Shown one piece after another: positions 10,068 through 20,090 of a DNA stretch of 64,000 bases. The translations under genes were made by a program, and so were the position numbers. The notes under the pieces were generated by a model that was given only the letters and a program-made list of their open reading frames with translations, was not told the origin of the DNA and did not search any database. This DNA comes from a bacterium UBP13_UBA5359. Its GTDB lineage: Bacteria; UBP13; UBA5359. The stretch spans positions 76,995-140,994 of the forward strand of contig DHPR01000013.1 of assembly GCA_002410925.1 (NCBI GenBank). Reading direction: 5' to 3'. Position 1 is the stretch's first letter. The number at the start of each line of letters is the position of its first letter.

Positions 10068-10112
10068 TCCTGCAAGCGCCGTTTCCGTCACTTCTAGTCG
10101 CAGGATAACCGG
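10068..10112 (-). ncRNA. Candidate Na+-sensing riboswitch (DUF1646-motif-like)
   Basis: Minus strand CCGGTTA-TCCTGCGA-CTAGAAGTGACGGAAACGGCGC-TTGCAGGA: 8-bp stem enclosing AGTG-N-CGGAAACGG, in 5' UTR of cation/H+ antiporter; match to motif is from memory. Confidence 0.55.
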
Positions 10113-10117
10113 CCATT

Positions 10118-10145
10118 ATTATACCAAATTGCCGCACTTTGTCCA
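10118..10145 (-). promoter_or_regulatory. Sigma70 promoter of cvrA
   Basis: TGGACA-16-TATAAT with TGn extended -10 on minus strand. Confidence 0.6.
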
Positions 10146-10154
10146 TCAGATCAA

Positions 10155-10298
10155 GTGGCCTGGAGTTTACATTTAGCATTTAGCATAGTAGAAACGCCAT
10201 GGTCAGGCATTTAAGAATAGAATATCAGCTATGCCATCGTAAGCAGGCAATAAAAGAGGTTGGCAGCGCTTCGATGAGTGAAGTAAACTACTGGCCCT
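10155..10298 (+). mobile_element. Miniature element copy 1 (internally deleted RAYT/Y1-transposase derivative)
   Basis: Direct repeat of 20064-20210; imperfect terminal inverted repeats GGCCTGGAGTTTAC / GTAAACTACTGGCC; internal MVRHLRIEY + SYAIVSR coding remnants. Confidence 0.75.
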
Positions 10299-10346
10299 CT
10301 TGCTCTGCTTCAAGTCCCTTGACTTTACATTTTTTGGTGGTATTAT

Positions 10347-10373
10347 AATAGTAACAATAGTAAGAATAGTAAC
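10347..10373 (+). promoter_or_regulatory. Three tandem 9-bp direct repeats, probable operator
   Basis: AATAGTAAC AATAGTAAG AATAGTAAC overlapping TATAAT box, downstream of TTGACT at 10319. Confidence 0.6.
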
Positions 10374-10391
10374 TATGTGAGATGATAAGGC

Positions 10392-11534
10392 GTGGAAAAA
10401 ATCAAACAGCTTGAGAGAGAGAATTCAACTCCTCTTTATATTCAATTAAGGGATATAATTAAGGATGATATATTAAATGAAAAGCTGCTCCCCGGCGACA
10501 AGCTCCCTGATCTTAAATCTTTATGCCGGATATATGACATAGGTTTAGTTACAGCCAGACAAGCGATTACCGAGTTGGTAAATGAAGGTCTGGTTTATAG
10601 AAGGCCATGGCATGGGACATTCGTTAATATCAATGCAAAAGATACGCCGGCTTTTAAAAATAGACTGAAAACTATTGCCTTTGTTGCTCCTAATGTTAGG
10701 GATTTAATGATTACAGGAACAGTCTATGGGCTGGAAAGAAATTGCCGTGATAAAGGGCATCATCTTCTATTTTGTAATTCCGAGAATAATTATTCCATGG
10801 AGCGGGAGAGAATAGAAGACTTAATTGAAAAGAAAGTCGATGGAGCCGTTATATGGCTTGCCGATGAAGATGGGCAGGGTAATTTAAATGAGGATTACAT
10901 TAGAAGTATAGCTTTGGAAAAGAGAATTCCTTTTGTCCTTATAGATAAATATCTACCGCAAGTAAGCACTGATTATGTTGTTAGCGATAATTATTATGGG
11001 GCTTATAAAGCAGTAAAGCATTTTGTTTCGTTAGGGTATACCTCCATCGTTCATTTGACCAGGCCGACTATCCGAAATTGCACTTCAGCAAAAGAGCGGC
11101 TGGAAGGCTATAAGCAGGCACTTCTTGATTCAGGTTTGCCCTATGATCCTGAAAATTTATTTATCGATGGAGAAAATGATTGGCAACGAGAGATAATCAG
11201 ATTGGCTGATTCGCGTAAAGAACCTATCGCTTGCTTTGTGGCTATGGAGTTTCTTGCTGTCAAATTGATGAAAGTGATCACCGATAACGGGCTATCGATT
11301 CCGAAGGATATATCAATAATCGGATTTGATAACTCAATCTTGGCAACAGACCTTCCGGTTCCGCTGACCACCGTAGAACAACCCTGGAATATTATGGGAA
11401 AAACGGCGGCAGAGATTCTGATTGATAATATTAATAACAGGACGACTACGTTAAAGCAGATCAGATTGCAGCCCAGATTGATAATAAGAGAATCCTGCGG
11501 TGCAAAGTTAAAAGCAGAAAAGCAGGTGGTTTGA
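10392..11534 (+). CDS. GntR-HTH / LacI-type sugar-binding domain transcriptional regulator (AraR-like)
   Basis: PLYIQLRDII...PGDKLP...TARQAITELVNEG...GTFV; C-terminal DYVVSDNY, IIGFDN, PLTTVEQP, LIIRESC. Confidence 0.92.
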   Translation: MEKIKQLERENSTPLYIQLRDIIKDDILNEKLLPGDKLPDLKSLCRIYDIGLVTARQAITELVNEGLVYRRPWHGTFVNINAKDTPAFKNRLKTIAFVAPNVRDLMITGTVYGLERNCRDKGHHLLFCNSENNYSMERERIEDLIEKKVDGAVIWLADEDGQGNLNEDYIRSIALEKRIPFVLIDKYLPQVSTDYVVSDNYYGAYKAVKHFVSLGYTSIVHLTRPTIRNCTSAKERLEGYKQALLDSGLPYDPENLFIDGENDWQREIIRLADSRKEPIACFVAMEFLAVKLMKVITDNGLSIPKDISIIGFDNSILATDLPVPLTTVEQPWNIMGKTAAEILIDNINNRTTTLKQIRLQPRLIIRESCGAKLKAEKQVV

Positions 11535-11645
11535 ATCGTAAGAAATAGTTATGACTGAGGTTTGACTATCCGGGATCGATTATCAGTTTATTTGAGGGAA
11601 GATGTTTTTGCCTAAATTCAGATAGTTGAATTGGAGGGTAGAAAT

Positions 11646-12380
11646 ATGAAAAAGCAGGGGTTTACTTTAATAGAATTGCTGGTGGTTATTGCAATAATTT
11701 CTATTTTGGCGGGAATATTATTTCCTGTTTTCGGTAAAGCCAGGGAGAAAGGCAGGCAAGCAGCCTGTATAAGTAATTTAAAGCAACTTGGTGCAGCCAT
11801 GATGATGTATACTCAGGATTACGATGGGAGCTTCCCGCCGGCTGATTTTCAATTATATCAAACATGGACTATACCGCATATAATGTGGCCGCAAATTCTT
11901 CTCAATGGAAAATATGTAGGCAGCGTTAAGATTTTCGCCTGCCCTTCTAATGCTGCCGGCGCTCTCGGCGCCGATAATTTCTTGAGCTTTCCACCGAGTA
12001 CAGTTTCGAACAGTTTTAGATTTATACATTATGGATACAATGAAGCTCACATAGGAACGAGCAGAAGATACGGCGGCAACGTATTTCCTGCGGCAACGGA
12101 TTCGGATATACGCAAACCGGCGGTAACGATTCTACTGCTGGATAGTATACACGATCCTGCGAATCCGGCTAATACATGCGGCTGGTTTATTGTCAATGAT
12201 TTTTACAGTAAGACTTCAACGCTTCAAAAGCCGCATCCCCGGCATTCAGAAGGCTTGAACATTTTATGGGCGGATGGCCACGTTTCATACCGCTTTATTA
12301 GCGATATAGCTAATCCATATAGCGATTTAAGCTATGGCGATGCGGTCGGCGACAGCGCAAATCTATGGGATAGATATTGA
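11646..12380 (+). CDS. Prepilin-type N-terminal cleavage/methylation protein, DUF1559-like, H-X9-DG motif
   Basis: [43 protein letters not shown]; FACPS; [14 protein letters not shown]. Confidence 0.93.
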   Translation: MKKQGFTLIELLVVIAIISILAGILFPVFGKAREKGRQAACISNLKQLGAAMMMYTQDYDGSFPPADFQLYQTWTIPHIMWPQILLNGKYVGSVKIFACPSNAAGALGADNFLSFPPSTVSNSFRFIHYGYNEAHIGTSRRYGGNVFPAATDSDIRKPAVTILLLDSIHDPANPANTCGWFIVNDFYSKTSTLQKPHPRHSEGLNILWADGHVSYRFISDIANPYSDLSYGDAVGDSANLWDRY

Positions 12381-12475
12381 TGCTTTGCAATGGCCGATTT
12401 ACAGCAATAGAAGATGTTGCTGTAAATCGCGGCAAGGTATCCGTTTAATCAAAATAAATCGAGGAGGAGAATTAA

Positions 12476-15400
12476 TTGAAAGCAAAGACATTTTTATTGG
12501 TATTGTTAGGGCTATGTATACTGGTAATCCCGTCAGGTATGGGGCACGCTACGTTAGCAGATAATCTAATAGTAAATCCCGGATTTGAAGATGGAACAGA
12601 CAGCTTCCCGGCAGGCTGGGAAATAAGCGGTGCTTTTTCGGGCTCTTCGGATAAGGGCATAAATAAGTATTATTATTGGGATAAGACTGTTTTCAGAGGT
12701 GGCGGAAGCAGTTTATGCTTATTTAACGAGAAGGCTTCCGAGGATTTTGGGAAAGCACATGGCAGAATGCTAAGTGTTAGCCAGGCTGTTAACGTGCTGG
12801 GTGATAATACTTACTATGGGTTTTCTTTTTGGTCAAAAGGCGAGAAGGTGGCTCTTAATAGTGAAAGTGTTATCAGGATAGCAGTTTTAATTACGGGAGA
12901 AGGAGAATTCAAGACTATACATAAACATTTTGCAAAGTTTGCCATAGAAGATAACTATGATTGGAAAGAGATTAAAAGTAATATCTTTGTTCCTAAAGGA
13001 GCAAATAAAATTGCGATCTATATTCAACTGGATGGCAAGACCACAAGCGGAAGGGTATGGTTTGATGATTTCTCTCTGATTGATATCAACAGGAGTAATT
13101 TATCGCAGTACAAACAGAGCTTTCCTTTCAGCACAGGGTTTGATAGCAAAATTGCCGATTTAACCGATAATCTTCTTTCACAATCAAGGAGAATTTATGC
13201 CTTATATGGAACCCCTGTTATCGATGGCAAACTGGATGATTCATGCTGGAAAGAGACATCTAAGGCCAAAGGATTTTTATTGCCAGGAGATGATAACTTT
13301 GCCAAGGAAGATACCGATGCCTTGCTGTGCTATGATGAGAGGAATCTCTATCTGGCTTTTAATTGCCATACGGCAGATCCTTTGAAACTGCGAATGAGTT
13401 GCGAGAAGTCGGAGCGCGATGCTACCTTATGGTATGATGATTGCGTGGAAGCATTTATTTACTCAAGGAATAAAAAGGTAACCGCTCATCTGGCCATCAA
13501 TGCCAAAGGAGCCCGGTGGGATGGCCTGCACCGCGAATTGCTTCCGGATACTTCCTGGAATCCAGCGTGGACAGCCTCAGTTTCGATAGAGCAGAAATCT
13601 TGGGTAGTCGAAGCCTCGATACCTATTCAAGAACTAATTAATATCTTGGGCTCACCTGACAATTGGCGTATAAATCTTTGCCGGGAGAACAAGGTCAACG
13701 GAGAAAACAGTTCGATTTGTTTTTTACCGGAATCCGTCAGGTTTTTGCAACCTGACAGGTTTGCCGTTTTATCTTTTATACAGGATAAAGTATCTTTACC
13801 TAAAGAAGATATCGCTTTGGCGAAAATCAGAGCCTTGCATGATTTGAAGAAATGCCGCCTTGAATCTGTTGTTGCTGATGATTCAAAGGACGGCTATAAA
13901 TTTAAATATGCCTTTGATTTCGGCACGCTCAGCTCGCCGCTTAAGAGAGGTTTTATTGGTATTAAGCCTGATAGCTGCTATGTCTCTACATTGGGCTACG
14001 GTTGGATAAAAAATAATGCAATGAGCGGTGTTAACAGGGGTGTTGAAAAAAGTAGCGGCAGTCCTGATGAACTGACGTGCGATTTTATTGAAGGTAAAAG
14101 CGATAATATCTTCAGGATAGACTTGCCTGATGGGGAATATATGGTTTATTTGATTTGCGGCGATACCATATATCCCTCTCCAACATATAAAGTATATTCA
14201 GGGAACACAGAACTTGCTCATGTTGCCGTTGGTGGCCGATATAATTTTCAACCCTTTTCATTTCCAGTCAGAGTATCCGATAACAAGCTCTTATTGGCAT
14301 TCAAAGGGAGCAATGGATGGCTGGCAAATGCCTTGATAGTTTATAGAAAAGAAGATCTTTCTCAAGCACAAACGGTTTTAAATAAAATAGAGAGAGAGAT
14401 TTATCTGGGTTCAGCTGATCGAATTATTAAATTTGCCAGGTATGAATACAATGAGACAAATCCTTTGTTTGCCGATGCCGATAAAAAGGGTTATTTGATA
14501 TTTTCCTCCAATTATATGGATATCGTTTATCCCAACAGCATTCCCGGAAAAAAAGAGCTGGTGAAGGATTTAAAGCTCTTTGTTACCCCTGGTGAATATG
14601 AGCCCGTAACGTTCTCCATGCTGCCGCTGAACGATCTGAAGAACGTCAGAATATCTCTAAGTAACTTGCAAAGCGGTAAATATATTATCGATAGCTCGAA
14701 CATCGAGGTGCAAATAGTTAAATATCACTATCATAATGTGGCGATGTCGCAGCCGCCAACATATATGCTTTTCCCCAAGGTGTTGGAAGAGTATGCTGCT
14801 TCCGATTTAGAAAAAGGTATGGCCGTAAAAATGTGGTTGACTGTCAAAATACCTGAAAACGCCAGGCCAGGAAAGTATCTTGGCAAGATACTTATTGAAG
14901 CGGAAAATGCTCCCGCGAGCGTTATTAATTTAAGTTGCGAGGTGCTGCCTTTCCGATTGGACGAGCTGAAAGATACAACGTTCAACATGTGTTACCATTT
15001 ACCTCTGAACTATCCTGAAAGAGGGGTGGATGGCTGGGAATTGTTAGAAAAAGATCTAATCGACATGAAAAAACACGGCATGAACTCGGTAAATTTATTT
15101 ATAATCGGCCAAAACCTATGGCCCGAATTTGGACAAAGAGGTAAGAGCATCAATGTGGAAGCCTTTTTAAAGTTCCTGCGGCTGTGTAAAAAAACCGGAT
15201 TGACCCAGCCATTGCCTCTGAATATCTGCCCATATTTTCCATGGGATCCTAATCAGGAGCGCAGTAAGAGGACCCTGGATACTCAAGAGTGGGAGTATGT
15301 AGCCAGGGCAATAAAAGAATTGGAGGAGAAAGTAAGGCAGGAAGAATTGCCTGAAATCTATTGGTATATTGATGAACCCTACAATGAAACAAGGAAGCAC

Positions 15401-16087
15401 AATACATTAGCTTTTTTGGAATTTCTTAAAAAGTGCCAACCAATGGCAAAAACTTTCGTTACGATGTTCGTGGACCCTTCCGATTCTCAAAATGTCGACA
15501 TCTTTTGTCCAGATCCTTGTCAGCTATCGAAAGCATTGTTGACAAGCCCTGATTATCTTTCAACGGTGAAGGCAAAAGGAAAATCGGTATGGACGTATAA
15601 TGGGGCTGCAAATCCGTTTATTCCCTCTACATGTAGATTTAATGTCGGCTTCTATATGTGGCGGTTAGGGGTAGCAGGTCAATTGAATTTTACCTATCAA
15701 CTTTATTACTATCATCGCAATCCTTATAACCCGCTTGATAATCCTGGGCCTGTTTCATATGGGCATACCTATCCCAGTCAGAAAGGACCGATATCCACTA
15801 CTACTTGGGAGGCGATCAGAGAGGGAATAGATGATTTAAGATATATAAAAACCTTGGAACGTTATATCGAGTCTGCCAGAAAAAGGAATGATGCTGAGGC
15901 CTTGAAAGTAATTCGGGAGGCTGAGCTGTTTTTAACGGATCTGAAAGCCAAGATAGCTGTAAATTTCGATGATTATGAGGTTAAGGATAGTAATGGTGCG
16001 CCGTTATATAAGCAACCGGTCTGGACAACCGATCTTTATGATGCTTATCGCTGGAAGATAGCGAATTTCATCAGCAAGTTGCAGTGA
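12476..16087 (+). CDS. Large secreted multidomain carbohydrate-active protein (CBM-like domains + DUF4091/GH123-like catalytic region)
   Basis: Signal peptide; NLIVNPGFE..WFDDFSL; PVIDGKLDD..W..YDERNLY (CBM9-like); FDFGT..GYGW; PGEYEP, YIDEP, WEAIREGIDDLRY. Confidence 0.75.
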   Translation: MKAKTFLLVLLGLCILVIPSGMGHATLADNLIVNPGFEDGTDSFPAGWEISGAFSGSSDKGINKYYYWDKTVFRGGGSSLCLFNEKASEDFGKAHGRMLSVSQAVNVLGDNTYYGFSFWSKGEKVALNSESVIRIAVLITGEGEFKTIHKHFAKFAIEDNYDWKEIKSNIFVPKGANKIAIYIQLDGKTTSGRVWFDDFSLIDINRSNLSQYKQSFPFSTGFDSKIADLTDNLLSQSRRIYALYGTPVIDGKLDDSCWKETSKAKGFLLPGDDNFAKEDTDALLCYDERNLYLAFNCHTADPLKLRMSCEKSERDATLWYDDCVEAFIYSRNKKVTAHLAINAKGARWDGLHRELLPDTSWNPAWTASVSIEQKSWVVEASIPIQELINILGSPDNWRINLCRENKVNGENSSICFLPESVRFLQPDRFAVLSFIQDKVSLPKEDIALAKIRALHDLKKCRLESVVADDSKDGYKFKYAFDFGTLSSPLKRGFIGIKPDSCYVSTLGYGWIKNNAMSGVNRGVEKSSGSPDELTCDFIEGKSDNIFRIDLPDGEYMVYLICGDTIYPSPTYKVYSGNTELAHVAVGGRYNFQPFSFPVRVSDNKLLLAFKGSNGWLANALIVYRKEDLSQAQTVLNKIEREIYLGSADRIIKFARYEYNETNPLFADADKKGYLIFSSNYMDIVYPNSIPGKKELVKDLKLFVTPGEYEPVTFSMLPLNDLKNVRISLSNLQSGKYIIDSSNIEVQIVKYHYHNVAMSQPPTYMLFPKVLEEYAASDLEKGMAVKMWLTVKIPENARPGKYLGKILIEAENAPASVINLSCEVLPFRLDELKDTTFNMCYHLPLNYPERGVDGWELLEKDLIDMKKHGMNSVNLFIIGQNLWPEFGQRGKSINVEAFLKFLRLCKKTGLTQPLPLNICPYFPWDPNQERSKRTLDTQEWEYVARAIKELEEKVRQEELPEIYWYIDEPYNETRKHNTLAFLEFLKKCQPMAKTFVTMFVDPSDSQNVDIFCPDPCQLSKALLTSPDYLSTVKAKGKSVWTYNGAANPFIPSTCRFNVGFYMWRLGVAGQLNFTYQLYYYHRNPYNPLDNPGPVSYGHTYPSQKGPISTTTWEAIREGIDDLRYIKTLERYIESARKRNDAEALKVIREAELFLTDLKAKIAVNFDDYEVKDSNGAPLYKQPVWTTDLYDAYRWKIANFISKLQ

Positions 16088-17142
16088 GAGGTATTATGGG
16101 AATGTGGCATAAAGGTTATAATCATTTACACACTAGCTTTCGTTATCCGAAGAAAGAAAGAATAACTTCGGAAAAGCTGGTAGAGGAACTGAACGAATTA
16201 GGCGCCGGCTTTGCTTTCTGTGCCGGGGATCATGGAGATAGCGAGGGTAATAATTATTGGGGTATAGATATCAGAGAGTATGCGGAGTATAAAGAAGCCT
16301 GTCTCTCGATGAATGAATGCGGCGGTGCTCTCCTTATTCCTGCTCCGGAAGCTCATTTGATGTTTGCTCCATTTACAGAAAGGCATGAGCATCATTGCTG
16401 CGCTCCCATTATAGATTATTTGCCGCAACTCGATTTGCCGGAAAGCCGGGCTTTGGCTGCTTCATATACCAGAGAGGTTGAGAGCTTTATTGCTGAAGCG
16501 CATGAATACAATGTGTCTCTTGCCTTGAATCATCCTTATCTCTCTGTCAATTCATTATTTGCCGGCCCTCCGCCTCTATCGCTTAATCCTCTTTTTCAGA
16601 TGGATTATTTGGAATTATGTACCATAGATAGCCTGGCTTCCCTAAAGAAAAACCTGGAAATATATCTTGGATATCTTTCCAATCCCGTTGCTGCTGCTAT
16701 GGGATGCTGCGCAGGTGTGGATAATGCTGAAAGCTGCCGGCAGCTGCTTTCAGCAGAAACCAGGGTGGTTCCCTCAACTTATCTCTACGTCCATGAAGAG
16801 CTTAATAGGGAAAATCTAATGAATGCCTGGAACGACAGACAGAGCTATATGGCCTATGGAGATTTACGTATAGAGATGATGGAGCCGGTTCCTTCAAAGA
16901 AATATATTGAGACAATGGAGCTACCAGCTATTAAACTGGCGCTCCTTTTCGGTGGAAATATGATGTTAACCGTTTATCGCAACGGGATGATGATTTATCG
17001 GGAAGAAGTTAATGGAAGGCACGGCTTGAATTGGAGAGATGAAGATCCTCTATCAGGGAAAAACCATTATGTTCTTCATATCGAAGCCCGGGATAAGCAT
17101 CTGGTCACTTCACCGGTAAATTATCTTTTTATGGAAAGGTAA
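16084..17142 (+). CDS. PHP-like metallohydrolase (CehA/McbA-like)
   Basis: WHKGYNHLHT, GDH, NHPY motifs and terminal TSPV. Confidence 0.65.
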   Translation: MRGIMGMWHKGYNHLHTSFRYPKKERITSEKLVEELNELGAGFAFCAGDHGDSEGNNYWGIDIREYAEYKEACLSMNECGGALLIPAPEAHLMFAPFTERHEHHCCAPIIDYLPQLDLPESRALAASYTREVESFIAEAHEYNVSLALNHPYLSVNSLFAGPPPLSLNPLFQMDYLELCTIDSLASLKKNLEIYLGYLSNPVAAAMGCCAGVDNAESCRQLLSAETRVVPSTYLYVHEELNRENLMNAWNDRQSYMAYGDLRIEMMEPVPSKKYIETMELPAIKLALLFGGNMMLTVYRNGMMIYREEVNGRHGLNWRDEDPLSGKNHYVLHIEARDKHLVTSPVNYLFMER

Positions 17143-17149
17143 TATTGAA

Positions 17150-19327
17150 ATGCCTGATACGAATTCAACGAACACTCGGAAGTATCCTTTTATCTACGGA
17201 GTACAATATTATCGGGCTCCGACACCGAAACGACTCTTTTGGGAAGAGGATCTGCAAAGGATATCCGAGTGCGGTTTCAATATGGTGAAATTTTGGGCTC
17301 AATGGCGCTGGATTCATCGTAAACCGAAAGAATTTTTCTTTGAGGATTTGGACGGCTTAATGGCTCTTGCAGATAAATACAGGCTCAAAGTTACGATTAA
17401 TCTGATCTTTGACGTAGCGCCGACTTGGATTTTTAACATATATCCGGATTCCCGGATGATCGAAGCATCGGGCAGAGCAGTGGAGCCCCGTGCCGTTATT
17501 TGTCGTCAAATTGGCGGTTATCCCGGACCGTGCTATAACCATCCGTATGCTCGTTCGGCACGTGAGGAATTTCTCAAACAGGTTGTAGCTCGTTATAAGG
17601 GCTGTCGGGCAATGAGCATGTGGGACGTATGGAATGAGCCCGAATCCTGTGTTTTATTCCGTCAACCTCATGAAAATACGTTGTTATGCTATTGTGATCA
17701 TTGCCTTCATCATTTTAAAGAGTGGTTGCAGATACGCTATGACAGTTTGGAAAGGTTGAATGAAGTCTGGGGACGTTGCTATGGCAAGTGGAATGAACTG
17801 GAGTTACCGCGAACTAGAAATACGTTTGTCGATATGATTGATTGGCGCCTTTTTCATCTTGATACCCTTAGCGCAGAGGCACGCTGGCGCATAGCGGCAG
17901 TAAAATCTATCGATAGCGAGCATCCGGTTTATCTGCATCCGGTACCTAATACTTTATATCCGTTTAATCCGGTAACAGGAGTGGATGATTTTCAGATTGC
18001 AGATGGCTGCGACTGCTTTGGCGGAACTACCAACGGGGTACCTGCAGAGACTCTGCAAACTGTTGCAGCGGCTCAAGGACGTGTAAGTTACAATGTTGAG
18101 AGCCATTTATGCGCCGGCAGCACAGCTATGTATCCGCGTTTATTGACTGTACAGGACTTTACTGATAATTTTCTGCCGCAGGTAGGTCTGGGGATACGAG
18201 GGTTCTTACATTGGCAATACCGGGGCGAATCGCTGGGGGCAGAAGCGCCTGCATGGGGTTTGCTTGATGTCAACGGGCAGGAGAGCGCAAATCATGCCGG
18301 TGCGGTAGATTTTTGGAAAAAGCTGCAACCTATGGCGGAAAGGCTCATGACGGCAGCGCTTGAGCCTCCAACGGTAGCCGTATTCAAATCATGCAGCAAT
18401 GAGATATTTCAATGGTGCATGAACGGTAATTTCGATGATTTGCATAAAGGAACAATTGGTTATACGCAATTGCTCTACCGAAAGAATCTGCCATTGACTT
18501 ATGTCAACGACCGTATGCTGATCGATGGGTTGCCGGCAAGCATAAAACTGCTGGTCATGCCGAACTGCTATGCTATGCAGCAGTCTGTTGCTGAAGCGTT
18601 ATCAAAATGGGTATTGCAAGGTGGCACGCTGATATGCGAAGCGCATACCGGAGGTTATAATCTCAGCACCGGCCGCCACAGTCTTAGTCTGCCTGGCCTT
18701 GGGCTATCTGAAATTTTCGGGATACGAGAGCGCAATGCTGTAGCCGTGGCTCATTTAGGAACGTCAAAGGCTGATATTTCTATTGATAATCTGACTCCTG
18801 ATCTTGCCAAGGCATTTGATACCTTTGGTCTTGGGGGAGAACAAATTTTGCTTCTAAAGACGGTAGATGATGAAATTATCTGGGGCTGGTCGAGATATGC
18901 TGAATTGGAAGGTAGCGATCTGCAACCGATAGCTTCTCTGTCCGGACGTCCCCCCTGCATAGCCTCAAAGAAGGTCGGCAGCGGCTCTGTCTATTATCTT
19001 GGCACTTTGGCCGGTCAAATATGGGAAAAAGAGGGTGCATTAGCCGGTATTATTGATTCGGCACTCAAAGCGGCAGGGGTACCTTTGGCAAAAGAAATAT
19101 GGCCGGGGCTGCCGGAAGGAGTACGCCTTGACCCGTTGAAAACTCCGTATGGCACTGCTATGACAATATCTAACCGGACTGATGAACATGTAAAATTCCA
19201 GCTGCAGTTTGAGGAACCCATGCGCTCTATCTTTACCGAACGCAAGCTGTCCGATCATACTCAGTTGGGATTGAATCCCGGTCAGGCAGAGCTGCTGGTG
19301 CCAGGCAAATGGTGTATGGCGGAATAA
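17150..19327 (+). CDS. GH42-family beta-galactosidase-like enzyme
   Basis: YGVQYYR, W..DL....GFN, WDVWNEP, CYCDHC, LNEVWG, trimerisation domain. Confidence 0.85.
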   Translation: MPDTNSTNTRKYPFIYGVQYYRAPTPKRLFWEEDLQRISECGFNMVKFWAQWRWIHRKPKEFFFEDLDGLMALADKYRLKVTINLIFDVAPTWIFNIYPDSRMIEASGRAVEPRAVICRQIGGYPGPCYNHPYARSAREEFLKQVVARYKGCRAMSMWDVWNEPESCVLFRQPHENTLLCYCDHCLHHFKEWLQIRYDSLERLNEVWGRCYGKWNELELPRTRNTFVDMIDWRLFHLDTLSAEARWRIAAVKSIDSEHPVYLHPVPNTLYPFNPVTGVDDFQIADGCDCFGGTTNGVPAETLQTVAAAQGRVSYNVESHLCAGSTAMYPRLLTVQDFTDNFLPQVGLGIRGFLHWQYRGESLGAEAPAWGLLDVNGQESANHAGAVDFWKKLQPMAERLMTAALEPPTVAVFKSCSNEIFQWCMNGNFDDLHKGTIGYTQLLYRKNLPLTYVNDRMLIDGLPASIKLLVMPNCYAMQQSVAEALSKWVLQGGTLICEAHTGGYNLSTGRHSLSLPGLGLSEIFGIRERNAVAVAHLGTSKADISIDNLTPDLAKAFDTFGLGGEQILLLKTVDDEIIWGWSRYAELEGSDLQPIASLSGRPPCIASKKVGSGSVYYLGTLAGQIWEKEGALAGIIDSALKAAGVPLAKEIWPGLPEGVRLDPLKTPYGTAMTISNRTDEHVKFQLQFEEPMRSIFTERKLSDHTQLGLNPGQAELLVPGKWCMAE

Positions 19328-19379
19328 GACGGCAGGTCTGTATGAATAAAATATTTGATCTTTTGGTGAGGAAAGACTT

Positions 19380-20090
19380 ATGAAATATATTTTAGTGGAT
19401 ATTGATGGTACCGTCACCTCTTTAGAGAGCAACCCGTATCAGCCTATCGATGGCATCTCTTACGATTATTTCAGAGGAATTCTCAGAGATATGCTGGCCA
19501 AAAAATTAAACTGCAACCACTCGCTGGCTTTAAATATGATTCAGGAGAAGGCCGCGGTATTTAACGGCTGCAATTTTCGCGTGGCTCCTTTACTGGGTAT
19601 CCCGGAGCAGGCTTTATGGGAAGAGGTTTTAGCCTGGCAGTGCAAGCATCTTTCTGTCTTTGACGATGCTGTAGATATGGTAAAGAATCTCTTTGCTGAA
19701 GGCTTTAATCTCTATGCGGTCAGCAATAATTCATGCAAAGGAATACAGGCTAAGTTAAGTCACGCCGGCCTGGCAGATATAACCGGCTCTCCTTACTTTA
19801 AAAAGTTGTATGGTATGGATCTCTTCGGACTCGGATGGAGCAAGAGTATGCCCGAGGTATACAGCATAATTCTTCAAAAGGAGAGGTTTTCTCCTGAGGA
19901 AGTGGTTATGGTTGGAGATGAGCCGGCGATAGATTTGGAATCTCCTCTTAAGGGGGGAATGAAGCATGCCGTTATTGTTGATAGGATGCAGAAAGAAGAG
20001 GTTGCTTTTAAGAATAACGGTCTTTTTGTCAGATCTTTAAGAATTATTCCTGAGATATTGCGTGGGGCCTGGAGTTTACATTTAACATAA
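19380..20090 (+). CDS. HAD-family hydrolase
   Basis: DIDGT motif I, SNN, K, MVGD; last 8 codons lie within the miniature element. Confidence 0.85.
   Translation: MKYILVDIDGTVTSLESNPYQPIDGISYDYFRGILRDMLAKKLNCNHSLALNMIQEKAAVFNGCNFRVAPLLGIPEQALWEEVLAWQCKHLSVFDDAVDMVKNLFAEGFNLYAVSNNSCKGIQAKLSHAGLADITGSPYFKKLYGMDLFGLGWSKSMPEVYSIILQKERFSPEEVVMVGDEPAIDLESPLKGGMKHAVIVDRMQKEEVAFKNNGLFVRSLRIIPEILRGAWSLHLT

Noticed and set aside
10036-10179. N-terminal extension of the antiporter ORF to 541 aa
   Set aside because: Region holds a promoter, structured leader and element end; ATG at 10035 has an RBS
10195-10298. Repeat interpreted as a riboswitch or prophage att site
   Set aside because: Terminal inverted repeats and transposase-like peptide remnants fit a miniature element better; no integrase, tRNA or phage genes nearby
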